Shown here in pieces: positions 33,827-47,250 of a stretch of 64,000 nt of DNA (within the stretch, counting starts at the first letter, position 1; every line of letters begins with the position of its first letter). Below the pieces are notes generated by a model, which saw only the letters and a program-made list of their open reading frames with translations, did not search any database and had not been told where the DNA came from. The translations under genes were made by a program, and so were the position numbers. This DNA is from Amphiscolops sp. MND2022 (taxonomy: Eukaryota): NCBI GenBank assembly GCA_964187785.1, contig OZ076409.1, forward strand, positions 21,082,001 through 21,146,000, in the 5' to 3' direction.

Positions 33827-36800
33827 TGTCATATTCGGTTCATTCCGGTTTGACCTCTACCGAGTTTCGGTACACAAAACTGTATGTCTAGATGTCTAGC
33901 CTACCTGTTTATTGATAAACAAAAATTTGCTGCGCATTCAATTAGATACTGCAGTATATACATTTGGTATCTACAGTATAGTCAGTGAACTATAGAAATT
34001 ATCTTAACACTTCTTTTAACCTAGAGCTTAGTTGTTGAGAATAGAACATGGAGCAGTCAGCCCATTTTTAAACAAATTGTAAACTTCATAACAAAAGAAA
34101 GCCATGACAGAAAAAAACACAGTACCGAACCTAGACGCAAGGGCTTTGGACGGAAATGCAATATTCACACAGAGACAGTGGTTGGAACGATTCCGGCAGT
34201 TCACTAAACGGGAACATAAAAAGTCCCACCACTAATGAAAGGAAAAGACATCACAGTAAACGAGTGGATCGTTAAAGAACAGCTTATCCTGGAAGATTTC
34301 ATCTGGGGTGTGGGACCCGAAGCACTGTACCGAATAACCCGTGCCAAGTATAAAACGGAAGCGGACATTATCAAAATAAAGGATTTAATCCGGTTATTCA
34401 CCGAATACTACTTACCGAAACGCAATACCCATCACCGTCGCGGCAATTTTTCTGGGCAAATCAAACGGAGGAAGAAACACCCGAAGACTTTTGGAGAAGG
34501 TTAATTGAAATCGAAAAATAATGCAATTTCAGTACATAATCAGCTGGAGAGCTACTGATTTCCAAACATATGACAGCTATCACCGACAAAAAATTTACAG
34601 GACAAAATGATGAAAAAAAACACTGGAACTGAGGAAGACGATCGAACTAATCAACTGAACAAATATGAAAAGTAGAACAAGAAAAATACGATACCAGAGG
34701 CACTAATTTCGGCAAAAGAAAGACACATGATAAAAAAGAACCGATACAGAGAATGGAAATAAATGTTCGGTGCGAAATCAAAAATTAGACCGACCGGAAA
34801 TATACCATGCAGATTTTGTGGAGCTCCGAACTCAACATCATTACATAAATGCCCAGCAATAGACATAAATTGCAACAAATGCGGAAAAAAGGACAGTACG
34901 CAAAGGTATGCAGACAAACATATACCAACAACCGAACAGTGAAAAGACTAACCGCAGAAGAAACTGGTGACCGAGACGAAACATCAAGTGAATCATAAGA
35001 GAGCATACACCACATCAAAGCGACAAAGAAAAATTAAGAAAAGAACAAACAATTCATGGCAACAGTGAAAATAAACGGAAGAAAGAAAGACTTCATATTC
35101 GATACCGGATCATCGATATCAATAATGCCAGCGGCCGAAAACGTATTAGAGCTAACCGGGATACAAAAAGTCACAAACAGATACCAAGACGAGAACAAGA
35201 ACGAAGTAAAGTTCCGAGGAAAAGTCCCCGTAGACATGGAATACGAAAATAACAAACAAAAAATATGTTTCCTGATAATCGAAGGAACAGACATAACACC
35301 ATTACTAGGGATGGACTGGATGAGAAATAGCAAGCTAACAATCGGTAAAATACAATGGGCCGAAAATAACCAGTCAGAACGCAAGAAAGTCTTCAACAAT
35401 TTTCCGAACCTGTTTGAAAATATCGAAACAATAAAAGACACCGAAATAAAACCCAACAAAAAGCCAGACCGGTACCGTTTCACCTACAAGACGACGTAGG
35501 ACGAGAACTAGAAAAATTAAAAAAGACCGGATGTTTGGAATAGATCAATGACGTCGATGAAGATTGCTTTGTATCACCGTAGTAATAACTGTAAAAAGTG
35601 GTAAACCGGTAAAAATAGCATTAGACTCACGGAAACTAAACGACAGTTGTACCAAAATGAGACCACATATGCCGAACATGGAGGAGTTATTAAACCAAAT
35701 TTCGGAAGAAATCACACGCGACCGAACAGTACAACTATTTATAACAAAAACAGATTTAGATTACGCATACGGACAGATGAAATTGTCCGAAAAAACAAGC
35801 CGACAATGCGTATTTGCGATAACCGAGCGTTAATTTAACGGATACTACCTATTCAAAAAAAAGTTCTACGGTCTCTCCGATATACCAACGATATTTCAAG
35901 ATACAATTGACCGAACACTCGGATACAGTACACCAGCTTGGTTAGACGACATCATTGCAGTAACCCGGGGGATCAAACAAAAACACGAGAAAAAACTATT
36001 TGATAATCTGATCAAACTAGAAAAAGCCGGAAACCGAGCGAGTAAAAGAAAATCTGAATTTTTTATGAATCAGACGAAGTGGTTGGGCCACGAGATTGAC
36101 GAAAATGGAATAAAACCTTTTGAAGAAAACGCAGAAGCCAATTCAAAACTGAACCCACCGCAAGATACAAAAGAACTGAAATCACTTCTCGGAGCAACAC
36201 AATACATGACAAAACTTTTGCCGAAACTTTCGGAACGAACAAATAGACTCCAAAAACTACTGAAGAAAAATGGAACGTGGAATTTGGGAACCGAACAAGA
36301 AGAATTTGGAAAAAAAAACAAATGTTGACCGAAGGCCCATGTCTAGCACACTACGCAAACGAAAAAGAAAAAATAGTAACGACCGACGCAAGTTCAACCT
36401 GACTGGGAATTACACTATGGCAAAAACAAGAGGACGGAATCACGAAACCGATAGCATACGGGAGTCGATATTTGAATGAAACCGAACAGAAATATTCCAT
36501 CGGTGTACTAGAATTAGTGGCAATGGTATGGGGATCAGAAAAATTCCAACTTTATTTATATGGAAAAAAGTTCTTTACACTTTACATCTTTACACCGACC
36601 ACCAAGCACGCACTAGAATCATTGATAAAGAGAAACCGAAGCAATAATCAATACAATGCGAGATTAGCGAGATGGTTGGACCGCCTAACTCATTTCCATA
36701 TAGCAATACAGCATATCGCAGGCAGCATTTTGAAATTTACCGACCATCTCAGCAGAAATCCGGTAAGGGGAGCATCGCCGGAAGAAAATACGATGAGAAG

Positions 36801-39616
36801 AATACGTAATTAATATACTCGTCGAAAAGTCATACTTAAACTTGAAATACGGACGACTCTTCACGGACCAATCAAAATGTAGGCAAACCATATCCGAAAG
36901 AAAGAAAATTGAGCACAAATAGAACCAATCACAAGCGAATGGAACATTCGAGAACAAGAACCACGTGAACGAAACCAAACAGAACAAAATAACAACATCC
37001 GGGCAATTCGATATTAGCACTCTGACATTCAGTAAACTGAGCAAAGAAAACGAAAGTGAGAAAATGGATCGTGAAAACTTTTACCATTGGGGGGGGCTAC
37101 CAGAGAAATCATGAACAATATTAGAAGAAGGAACTACAGACCCGAAGCAAAAAGATTGGTGGAGCAGCGAAACGCATTATCACGGTCGGGAACATTGAGA
37201 CGCCGGTACGACCATCAAACACAAAGAACCATCTTTGCACCATCCTGACCAAACAGACGGAGTAGAGAAGAAATTGCCGAGATAGATGCGTATCTTATCC
37301 GGAGAGCGAACAGAATTGGAGGCGGTTATCAACCGATAGAGATCGAGGAACAGCAAGAAGAACCAAAAGAAATACGGGAAGAAGGAGAGATTTCACAAGC
37401 AGCCGAGACCGAGGAAGACAGCGCGATTATGCTGGGCGACAATTAACAATCGTGAATTTGCCAAAATATAATTATTACCGACGGTAAAGAAGCGAAATAC
37501 ATACAAAAAAACATCGTCGGAAAACTCACCACGAAGAAAAATCAACTGAAGACTTCATCAAAAAAGCGGAATTCGAGTTCATGATTGATCTAAAATTTTT
37601 GATCTCCAAAACAGCGATTGACCTCGAGCTAGCCCGAGTCAGAACCAGTATGCGCCGAGGGGACATGAAGACGATTCCAGATGGCTTTCTAGCAGTGTTC
37701 GACAAACTCTTAATCAGATGGGGGCCTCATATTTGTCGACGACCAAATCGTTATCCCGATAGACTTCTGAAAACGACTACTGGTATCTTGAATTTCGGTC
37801 ACTCCAGCATCACCAAAATGACGTCAGAAGCAAAAAGTACTTTGGTGGTCGGGCATGAAACAAGATATCGAGAACAAGGCCAAGGACTGCACCGCATGCC
37901 TAGCATCAGGTAAAGGCCCTAAAAACAAATTATCGAAAACTAGAAAAATTATCCAAACCGTCAAGAAATACGAATAGATTTCACCGGAAAGTTACAAAAC
38001 AAAATGTTACACGGCGAAGTGCAAATATTAATAGAGGTAAATAGATTCAGCAAATGGCCTACCGTAAAAACTTGCAAAACCTCGAAGGGGTAATCAATTT
38101 TCTTACGAGTAACTTTGATTTATACGGAATACCCGAAAAAAACAGACCGACAAAGGAGGAGCATTTATCTCGAAGAAATATAAACAATTCTGTAAAAAAA
38201 CCCGAAACATTGAAATATACTATTGTACACCCAGAATGCACACCGGAAACGGAGTAGTAGAGAGATCGAAACGAACACTGAAAAATTTGATAATGGCGAA
38301 TCTAGAAGACGGACAAAATTTAACCGAAAGTGTAAACCGAGCATTACGGGTAATGCACTTCACAATACATACCTGATTGAAAATAACACCGTTTGAATTA
38401 CATCACGGAAGAAAACCGAGAACCGAATTAACGAATATCGTTAGAAACGGAAACCTTTCTTGTCTAATTGGTCTTGGTAGAAAATTTCAGCACCGAGCAG
38501 ACCGAAAACACCAGTTTATGTGGGCAAAGATGCGGATGGAAAAGTAAAAAACCACATAATCATGGCAAAAACCAAGACCGAGGAGAGACAGAAGAATGAT
38601 GGTCAGATGTCACCAAAAAAGAAAAAATTGGTTAGATATCCCTTCTATTTTGTTGAAACGATTTACCAGAAAAAATCAGTAGAAGGATATTTTCAAAATA
38701 AAATATTAACCGCAGTAAGGGGGACTGAAAGTACCGTGAAAACGGACACCAGAAAAATAATCAACCAAAAATTTTTTCGGACCCATTATTTCAGACCGAA
38801 CGAAGAACGAAAAGGGAGCCGGCAATCAACGCAAGCGCCTAAATCAACCCGAAGAATAGACATTGTCTACGGGGCTTGGACGGCAAGTACGGACGCTGGG
38901 ACGAAATACTCTGTGATATACTAAACGGAAAATTGAAGATCGTCTATAACCGGAAAGCAACCGACACCGAGGCAGACGATGACGATGAGGATGACGGAAA
39001 ATTTCCGGAACGGAACGGAACACCGATTATCTATGATATTTCCAAACGCGACGGAAGGTACGCACCCATATGGACAAATCCGGAAGAGGATGCACTACAA
39101 ATTCACACAGATATCTGGTAAGAATTTAGAAACAAGTACAAGGCGATCAAATCGAAATAGCAAAAAACCGAATAGATACGACAGCATACCATATACTGGA
39201 ACTTTCTGGAGCTAGAAAATATAGGGATAAACATGTATTGTTTATAATACTGGAAACCCGTGGACCAGAGCGAAAGGGACACCATAACCGGAAGAGATCC
39301 AAAAGCCATCAGATTTTCTATCCGGAGACGAAACGCCAAATGGGCCCTCCAACCGAGTTTGGGAAGGAGAAGAGAGATGAGGAAATGTCATATTCGGTTC
39401 ATTCCGGTTGGACCTCTACCGAGTTTCGTTACACAAAACTGTATGTCTAGATGTCTAGCCTACCTGTATATTCTGTTTATTGATAAACAAAATTTTGCTG
39501 TGCATTTAATTAGATACCGCATTATATACATTTGGTATCTACAGTATAGTCAGTGAACTATAGAAATTATCTCAACACTTCTTTTATTCTAGAGCTTAGT
39601 TGTTGAGAATAGAACA
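33827..39616 (+). mobile_element. Decayed Ty3/Gypsy LTR retrotransposon, element D (5.8 kb)
   Basis: LTRs 33827-34048 and 39386-39616 (TGTCATA...AGAACA). PBS TGGAGCAGTCAG. Purine tract 39361-39385. Imperfect 4-bp TSD (ACGG/AGGG). Confidence 0.92.
34104..39215 (+). pseudogene. gag-pol relics of element D
   Basis: Fragments FIFDTGSSISI (protease), ALDSRKLN/DLDYAYGQ/WLDD (RT), TDAS and YSIGVLEL (RNase H), and integrase remnants. Numerous stops and frameshifts. Confidence 0.88.
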
Positions 39617-39723
39617 AGGGGGACGCTTTGCACTAAGTTTCCACCGGCCGGACTTGGCCTCAGTAGTTTTAGTAGTTTCTGTAAAAAGTGGACCGATCAG
39701 TGTGAGGTCTGTGATCTGGAGAA

Positions 39724-40174
39724 AACAAGACGAGAACGTCTAAAGTCGGCGCTATATCTAAGGCTCAAAAAGCGCAAATCTTTTTTTGTTAAAAAAATTG
39801 AAATTTTCTTTTTCGAAAAATGTCGCATAGTGCCGAAAAATGTAAAAGGGGGACCGTTTTTGATTTACGAATAACATTTTGTTGCAAAATAACAAAAAAA
39901 CTCAAAGGGGGACGCTTTAGTCTCGTCCGTTTTTGTAGGTTACCTTGAAAAAGTAAAAAATGAAAGGGTGGTCCCTTTGCACTAAGTTTGCCTTGGCCGG
40001 ATTTGGCCTTATATGGTTTCAGCGATGTTCCTAAAAAATGGACCAATAAGTGTGAGTGATGTGGTCTGAAGAAAAAAAAAACGTCACTGCTATAATCTGG
40101 CATTTTTCCTTAAGAGGACTGTCACTGTAAGAGTCGGGAATTTTTCCTTTAAAGGAAAATGCGCCGACTAAAAA
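39724..40174 (+). mobile_element. Complete HINE/DINE-1-like copy (~450 bp)
   Basis: Starts AACAAGACGAGAACG. Sub-terminal inverted repeat AGTCGGCGC (39744-39752) / GCGCCGACT (40161-40169), with a local hairpin at the right end. Confidence 0.75.
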
Positions 40175-41280
40175 CAGCTCTCTTGGATAACAATAGAACA
40201 CGCTATATCCAAGTTCATGATGGCGTTGTCGAATTGAAACAGGTCTGGATAAAATAGAAAGAAACGCTTGTTTTTGAGTCACCCTTTCGAATCTCTATAT
40301 GCATTTTTACATAAACTAGTTTTCAGATCTGCAAAGGCTGTTCTGTTCTCTTCTGTGCTCTTTGGAAAATTGCCTGCACATTTCTGACGAAGGCGAGCTT
40401 TTTTCTTTTTGGATGTCAATTCTGACTGGAAAATCTTTTTACTAAAATGGCGAAAAAAACTAGATCCCTTCATAGTTTCGAGGATATGGCAAAACTGTCA
40501 ATTGAGAGCACCCTTTGGCCTCTTTGGGTAGGTCCTAGGTCTTAGGCGTAAAGTCTGTAGCCCTTTCAGTGTGAGCCCTGTGGTGTGGAGAATAGAGCTA
40601 CTCACAATGGGATATCAACCTCGGAAGATTTTCAACTGACATGAAAAACAACATTTGTGAATGATACAATGTTAATCGTCAACAAGAAAAATTGACTAAA
40701 TATGATGAGCATCCTTTTAAAGTTCACTCTAAAGGTCTGCCAGACAGTGTCAAATTTACATTAGGGTACCCGTCAGACTTTGTGTCAATGAATGTAACAT
40801 TGTAAACTTCATTTTAGCTCAATTTTGTACCAATTTCAAATATAAACACGAATGAAATCTCAGGAAACTTTGGTTCCCAACATTTCCCAAAAATTTAGTG
40901 CTTTTTGAGTTTTCAAGTGGAATATTTTTGTCTGAAAATTTTTCCTCAATCGAAACTACCAAACAAGTTTCATGCTCTTACCAAAAAATAAGCTTTCTAT
41001 TTCCAAAGGTGTTTTAGCTGTAGCTAAATTGGAGGTATGCTTCTTTTTCTAAACCTAGTTTTTCTGTTGATACATTTCATAGAACTTGAAATAATTTAAA
41101 ATGTGATTTCGATTCAAATGAAAACCTGAAAACATTACTCTGGGAACTTATGTGTGAAATGCGTTTCAAAAACTAGACTTTGAAATTTTTACTCGAGAAA
41201 TTTCACACGAGTTTTTTTGGTATCTAGTGTAGTTTTTATTGAAGAACAGTCATTCTGGTAAAAAATTACATTTTCCTACT

Positions 41281-41707
41281 TTTTTAGTCGGCGCTTTTTC
41301 CTTTTAAGGAAAAATGTCCGACTCTTACAGAGTTACCAAAACTACTTAGACTACTAAAGCTACTTGCCGGCCAATGCAAACTTAGTGCAAAGGGCCCCTT
41401 TTCATTTTTGACTTTTTTAACGTAACCTACAAAACCGGACAAGTCTATAGAGTCCCCCCTTTTGCATTTTTCGGCACTATGCGACATTCTCCTAAAGAAA
41501 AAATCCGAAATATTTTTCAAAAAATGTTTTTTCGTTCCCAGTTGGCGAAAAAGTGGTTTCCGAGTCTTATCGAGCATGAAAGGCACCCTTTGGGTGTCTC
41601 GAAACTGTTTTCTGAGCTTCTCATAAATAAATGCTGGGAATGTCGTAAAAACTTTGCGCTTATTGTGCATTAGATATAGCGCCAACTTTAGACGTTCTCG
41701 TCTTATT
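41281..41707 (-). mobile_element. HINE/DINE-1-like copy
   Basis: Reverse-orientation homologue of 39724-40174 with both termini. Confidence 0.72.
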
Positions 41708-44477
41708 AATTGTGAAGTTTCGTGTAGATTAATGACTGAAGCCCTCAAAATTACTCACAGAGAAAGAAACAATATTTTGTTGCAACCATTCATTGTGGTC
41801 GATTTGAAAGAAGGGCGCAAAAATCCAAATACATTCAAACACAACATACCTTTATTCGGCACATAGAAACCACCTTAAGTTTTTTAATTTCCAATTAAAC
41901 CACGGTGTGACTTGAAACTACCAATAACTGTTTCAAAACTTTGAAAAAGAGCTCAAAACACTTTTTTGAGAAATATTGAATAAATATTGCGAGGTTGCAG
42001 TTGAGTTATTGCAGCATAGGGCAACAGTGGGTGAATAAAACAGGCGATATGAATAGTAGATAAGGGGCGAGAAATGAAGCGCGAAAGACAGTAGTCCCAT
42101 CTGTTTGTGAGAAAGTGGTAAGAGGTACAGTACGCTTGTCTGATAGCTCTCAACTCCATGCCTGGTTTATTACAGCTGACTTCCTCCTTACAATGCCAGC
42201 AACCCCCCCCCCCATTAAGTGTTGTCTGGAGTGCGGGCTAGCTTGATTTTGGGATACGCATAGCATATACCACCATAGATAGGTACATCCACCATAAGTA
42301 GAAACGCATATGATGTGAACGCAATTGAAGCATGCCAAATAAAGACTTCGAATAATGATGTGAAAATGAACTAATAATAACCATAATGACCATAACCATC
42401 CTTAACTAGTTTCTTTCTCCACCAGAAAGAAGCTGGAGCTTGCGTTTATGACTCTTGTATATCTCCAAGAATTCAGTTCCTGACCTTATAAACATTGTTA
42501 TTATCACGAATAATAATATTAGTATTGTTGACTCGGGTAATACTTACTTGTAACCCAACATTTATTGTAGTCTCTCCTCGGTCAAGCCTTCCGTCCTCTT
42601 CTTCTGTAGTAGCACCCACGGCGGATAAAAACAAGGTTTTTCGTCAGTTGTTCTTTGGGATAATCAAGACGTAGTAGGATTACGTAATATGTTGGTACGT
42701 TAACAATGTCAGATAGTTGGAGCCGCTTTTAGTTGTGCGCAATTCAACAGTTAGACTACTTTGCTAATCATTTGACGCACTTTCTTATCTCCCCCCACCT
42801 TCCATCTCCTCGCCTTATCTCAGCTTGCCTCTCCTCGCGACGGGCGTACTGGCGTCTCGTGGTTCAAATGGGATGCCCGGTGCTGTATAAGGCGTCCCTC
42901 CCTCCATCGAACAGCATCCAGTCGTTAAATCACCTCAAAGTCATTCATTAAAAAACTGTACGTCCATTAAAGCCAAGCATTTTCCTCGAGAATTATTTTT
43001 CACTTAAGCCGAGGGAAAATTCAGGATAGCATTTCATTTCGATGCATCATTATGAACCAGTTAAACAGCTTTTCCTAGTTGAAAATCCAATCTGAATAAG
43101 GTCAAAAAGGGAGACTATTCTTGAATGAAAAATGTAAATCCAGCTATGCCCTTTCGGTAGGAGCAGAAATTCGCTTTTCGAAGAAAAGAACCGACTGTAG
43201 CAGTCGCTTTTTAGGACCTGTGAACTGACAGATTCTATTGCAATTGCATAAGTTAGTATTCAAGTATACTCTCACTGTCACTTGGCCCAACCGTTGACGC
43301 GGATTACCAAGCCTGATGACAAGGCCAGAGAACCAGCAGTACATGGGTTCGAGTCTTGCCTAAACCAAGAAATATTTATGCTTGCAAACGTAGAGGAGAG
43401 ACCAAACGTTCCCTTTGCACCGTTTTATCGGCGTCCCTGAAAGAAGCGTTTTGCGAGCTTAAAGCTCCTTTTTCGGCTCTAAATATTGGAAGAAAATATT
43501 GAATTTTTGAAAAAAATATCTGTTTTTTATAATTGCAGTTGAAAAAAGCGGTTTTTGAGTCTTATGGGTGTTTCTTTGGGTATTTTCCGGCACTGTGAAT
43601 TTGATAACATTCTCACAATAGTGTCTCTGCAATTGTGCAAAACTTTGTTTTTGTGAACCTTGAACGGGGTTTCCCCGCCGACTTAGGCTTTTCCTGGCTT
43701 GTTATGAATAGCGTAGCGGTCAGAGCGCTTAAGTTTTGCCCTTGATCAACGCAATGTATTTCCCTTATTAGTACAATTACGATATATATTCAGATCCTTA
43801 TACATTTTAAGCTTTACTCGAGGCGGCGACTTATGTCATTTTTGGGTTGTCCTGATTGGTGTTGCTCCAGTTCTTTGCCCTGTGTATTTGTGAGTGTTTT
43901 TCAAACTCTTCTTCGAAAATCTAACAATTTTTAGGTTTGAGAAACGAACGCAGATGCGAAATGTGTGCGAGAGCGAATCGCAAATCGAATCGAAATGTTG
44001 GAGAAGCCACGTGAATTCCTTTTTGTGGGGCATCTGTAGTTTTGACTCCTCAAATTTTTTGAAAGCCTCAATCTATCATAATGAAAGTTCCATTTCAAAT
44101 GATACCACAAAAAATTTGTATAATGTATGTTTTTGGTCAACTAGTTTCTAAATTTACTTTAGTTTCGAAGGCACTCTCATCCGACACTTGAGCTAAAATT
44201 ATTTAAAACATAACCCTTTTTCATGGAATCAGTTTTGTTGTTTCAAAATGATTGTTCTATTGTAAGGTCAAGATTAGGGAAAAAAACTTTTTTGTAAAAT
44301 AGGTTTCTTTACTGAACAACTGTAGTACAAATCTATGGCAACAAATAAATTTACTATATGTAAGTTCTTTTGAGTTCATCAAGTTTGTTTTATCTGAAAT
44401 AACTTTAGTTTGAAGAAAAAATCGGTGACAAAATTTAACGGGGTAAAATTGTGCCAACACTTTCAGGTGTCTTTTCA

Positions 44478-44806
44478 ATGACGTCATCGGCCAACAGGGA
44501 AAGGTCACGTGATTGTTCTGCTGGAAGGAAAAAGTTGGGCGTCTCCGAGATCTTTCTGCGGCTATGCACTCCTTTTCTGGGACGCCAAATGGAGCTAGAT
44601 GAGTTCAAGATCACCATGGATCTCATTTTGCAACAATTTCTTGACCAGCTGCCAAAACTGGAAAGGGGCCAACTTTACGCAGACCTAAGAAGCTTCGCAG
44701 AATCTTTGATGCGCGATTTGGATATCTGGAATCAAGGCACCAACCATGCTTCTCGAAACGTTTTGATCAAAGAGAAACTCAAGAAAGTCCATTTCAAATT
44801 GATAAG
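44478..44806 (+). CDS. Possible coding exon of an unidentified host gene
   Basis: GC-richer open frame in AT-rich DNA, ending AAG|GTGATT. No recognisable domain. Confidence 0.35.
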
Positions 44807-45311
44807 GTGATTTTAACGCAAAATGATCACTTCTAATTTTTAGGTTTTTGTGATTAAGTTTTAGTGAATGCTCTCTATTAAACTGATTTGGACTGAGTTT
44901 TCGATGGGTATGCCGCTAACTAAAATGATCCGTGAGCAAATTTATTCGAATCTCAAGTATTTCGGTTAGCATGTTAAGCAGCATTCGGTTTGCATCGGCA
45001 CATCTTAATTTGGCTCAAGAGAACTGAAAACATGTTTTTGCTCAAGTGTTGGTAGATAATTTTATAACTTTAATATCAGAACAAAATTTAATTAATAATA
45101 ATTAAAATAATAAATAATAAAATGAATTAAAATAATTACCTTTTACCTCTTGCCGAGAAAAGGTTAAAATTATGCTCGAAAAATTTCAACTGAGACTCGA
45201 TATTTTCGCAGTTTCATGGACACAAAAAATACGATTTTTCATATCTAAGATGTTTAAAAGTTAGGTTTTTGAAGTGTCATTATCAAAATCCCTTCTTGTA
45301 TATTTTGGCAG

Positions 45312-45626
45312 AACAAAATAAAAACGTTGCACTTCGGAACACTGAGAAGCATGGTGCGAATCAAGTTATTGTTAAAACAAAACTGGGAATCTTGAAGTCT
45401 AAAATCAAAAAAGCAGATTTTGTGTATCACGATCTATTACCAGATGGTCGACTTGATCCGGGTAACGACACTTCCAAGACTCCGACTGAGAACCATGACG
45501 TCATTTCTGCGTCTTCTCAAAAAACGGAAGAAAACAAGAAACCAGCTTCCGTCAAGTTTCTCAGTCTACCCAAAATGAAACGAAACAAACCTCACGACAT
45601 TATGGTGACAATGAGCCTAGACAAAG
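45312..45626 (+). CDS. Possible coding exon of an unidentified host gene
   Basis: Open frame bounded by TTTTGGCAG| and AAAG|GTACGT. Its phase does not join directly to the previous candidate exon. Confidence 0.4.
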
Positions 45627-45712
45627 GTACGTATTTATAATTTATAAACTTTATTAAATAACTGGTTTAGTTCGAGCAAGATATTCGTTCAAAATCTCGA
45701 ACGAAATTATTT

Positions 45713-46354
45713 CTAGTCGGCGCTTTTATTAATAAAAGAGCCCGACTACTACAGTCACTCGTTTTTTTTTCTTTTTTTAAGACATACCCGAGAAACGCAT
45801 GTAAGTTATTCCAACGGGCCCCTTTGGTTTTTTACTTTTTAAACGTAACCTACAAAAGCGGACAAAAATGAACGGTCCCCGCTTTCGATTTTTTTTCGGC
45901 ACTGTGCGACTTTTTTCGAAATTTTTTTTGTCTCCAAAGAGTCCCACCCTTTGGTTTTTCTACTTTTTAAACGTAGCCTACAAAGCCGGATGAGTGTAAA
46001 GGGTCCCGCCTTTTGGTTTTTTCGGCACTGTGTGGCTTTTTCTCGTTTATTATTTCAAGAAAACATACAAAACCAGACGTGCCTGAAGGGTCCCCCCTCT
46101 GGATTTTTTTCGGCACTGTGCGACTTTTTTTCGTGAATTTTTTTATGTCCCCAAAGGGTCCCTTCAAGTTTTTTGATATTTTGCAACAGAATGTATGTTA
46201 ATGAATCCAGAAGGGTCCCCTTTTTACAATTTTCGGCACTATGCGACATTTTTCGAAAGAAAAAAATCAAAAATTTCAAGTTTTTTTCCAAAAAAATGTT
46301 TTGCGCCTTTTGAGCCTTAGATATAGCGCCGACTTTAGACGTTCTCGCCTTGTT
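45713..46354 (-). mobile_element. HINE/DINE-1-like copy with expanded internal sub-repeats
   Basis: Both termini present; four TTTTCGGCACT(G/A)TG units, each preceded by GGTCCC. Confidence 0.72.
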
Positions 46355-47035
46355 CTGCAATTACTTTGCAAAAGCTATCAAATGAAAAAAATTCTTCGAA
46401 AATTTTGCAGCACAAAACAAAAATCAACACAATTTAACTTCAATCAACGTATTCGTACCAGTTAGTTTCTGCAAACTTTTGAAGGCACCAGCTGGCCGTA
46501 TGGTAAAGGAAACTCTTGAATAATATTTTCAGACGATATTGCATAGCATTGCACGCCTTTTGACGGAGTATTGACTCGATGTCTCCGAAATCAAGAAACG
46601 GGACCAAAAAAAAGTGAACGTAGAATTTTGGTTTTTCCAGTTTCCGTTTGTGGCCAATTTGTCCCACTGGTAAGAAGATTGGGTCAAAGCAGCCCTAGCA
46701 TGTTTTGAAACATGCTGAATGCCGTCAGAGACACGAGGCGTGCAAGGTTTTGGCGGAACCTCCGGAGCCAGTGAGCGCAAGCGGGCCCCCAGCCCAGTAG
46801 TTCAAAAATTAAAATGAAAGCCCTGATTGTCTTCTTTTGAACGCGCTATAAATCTGTTGTCGGAGTCGAATAGTTTAGAAGATATTGCGGTTTAAAGTTT
46901 AAACACAAGATTTTTGGATGGATCCGGAAATTTCCTCCTCCATGTAGGGTTAATAAAGTCTTAGTTTCAATGGGGTTAAAAAGCTTTTCCCAACAATTCT
47001 TGCCAGAAGTTAGATTTGAGCTTTCAAGCGTGGTC

Positions 47036-47250
47036 TCATAGTGCCGAAAAAAGTGGAAACCTTCTGCTCAGGTTGCTTGTAAAAACGTTAGCTCATACGC
47101 ACCGGTTCGAACACGAACCCTCTGAATTGAAAAGCAAGCATCTTACCACTTGAACACGAACGCCTGAACTGTGCGAGTTGCGCGCTGTGTGAGTTGTCGC
47201 ACGGAAAAGCACTCGCACTTTCCCATAACACTTCCTTATCACAAGTATAA
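47036..47250 (-). repeat. Repeat with a tRNA-derived cassette (47090-47163), copy 1
   Basis: Homologous to 52724-52945, with degenerate A and B boxes. Confidence 0.6.

Noticed and set aside
45713..46354. CRISPR-like array of TTTTCGGCACTGTG repeats
   Set aside because: Eukaryotic context, irregular spacing, mutually similar spacers and no cas genes; these are internal sub-repeats of the HINE family.
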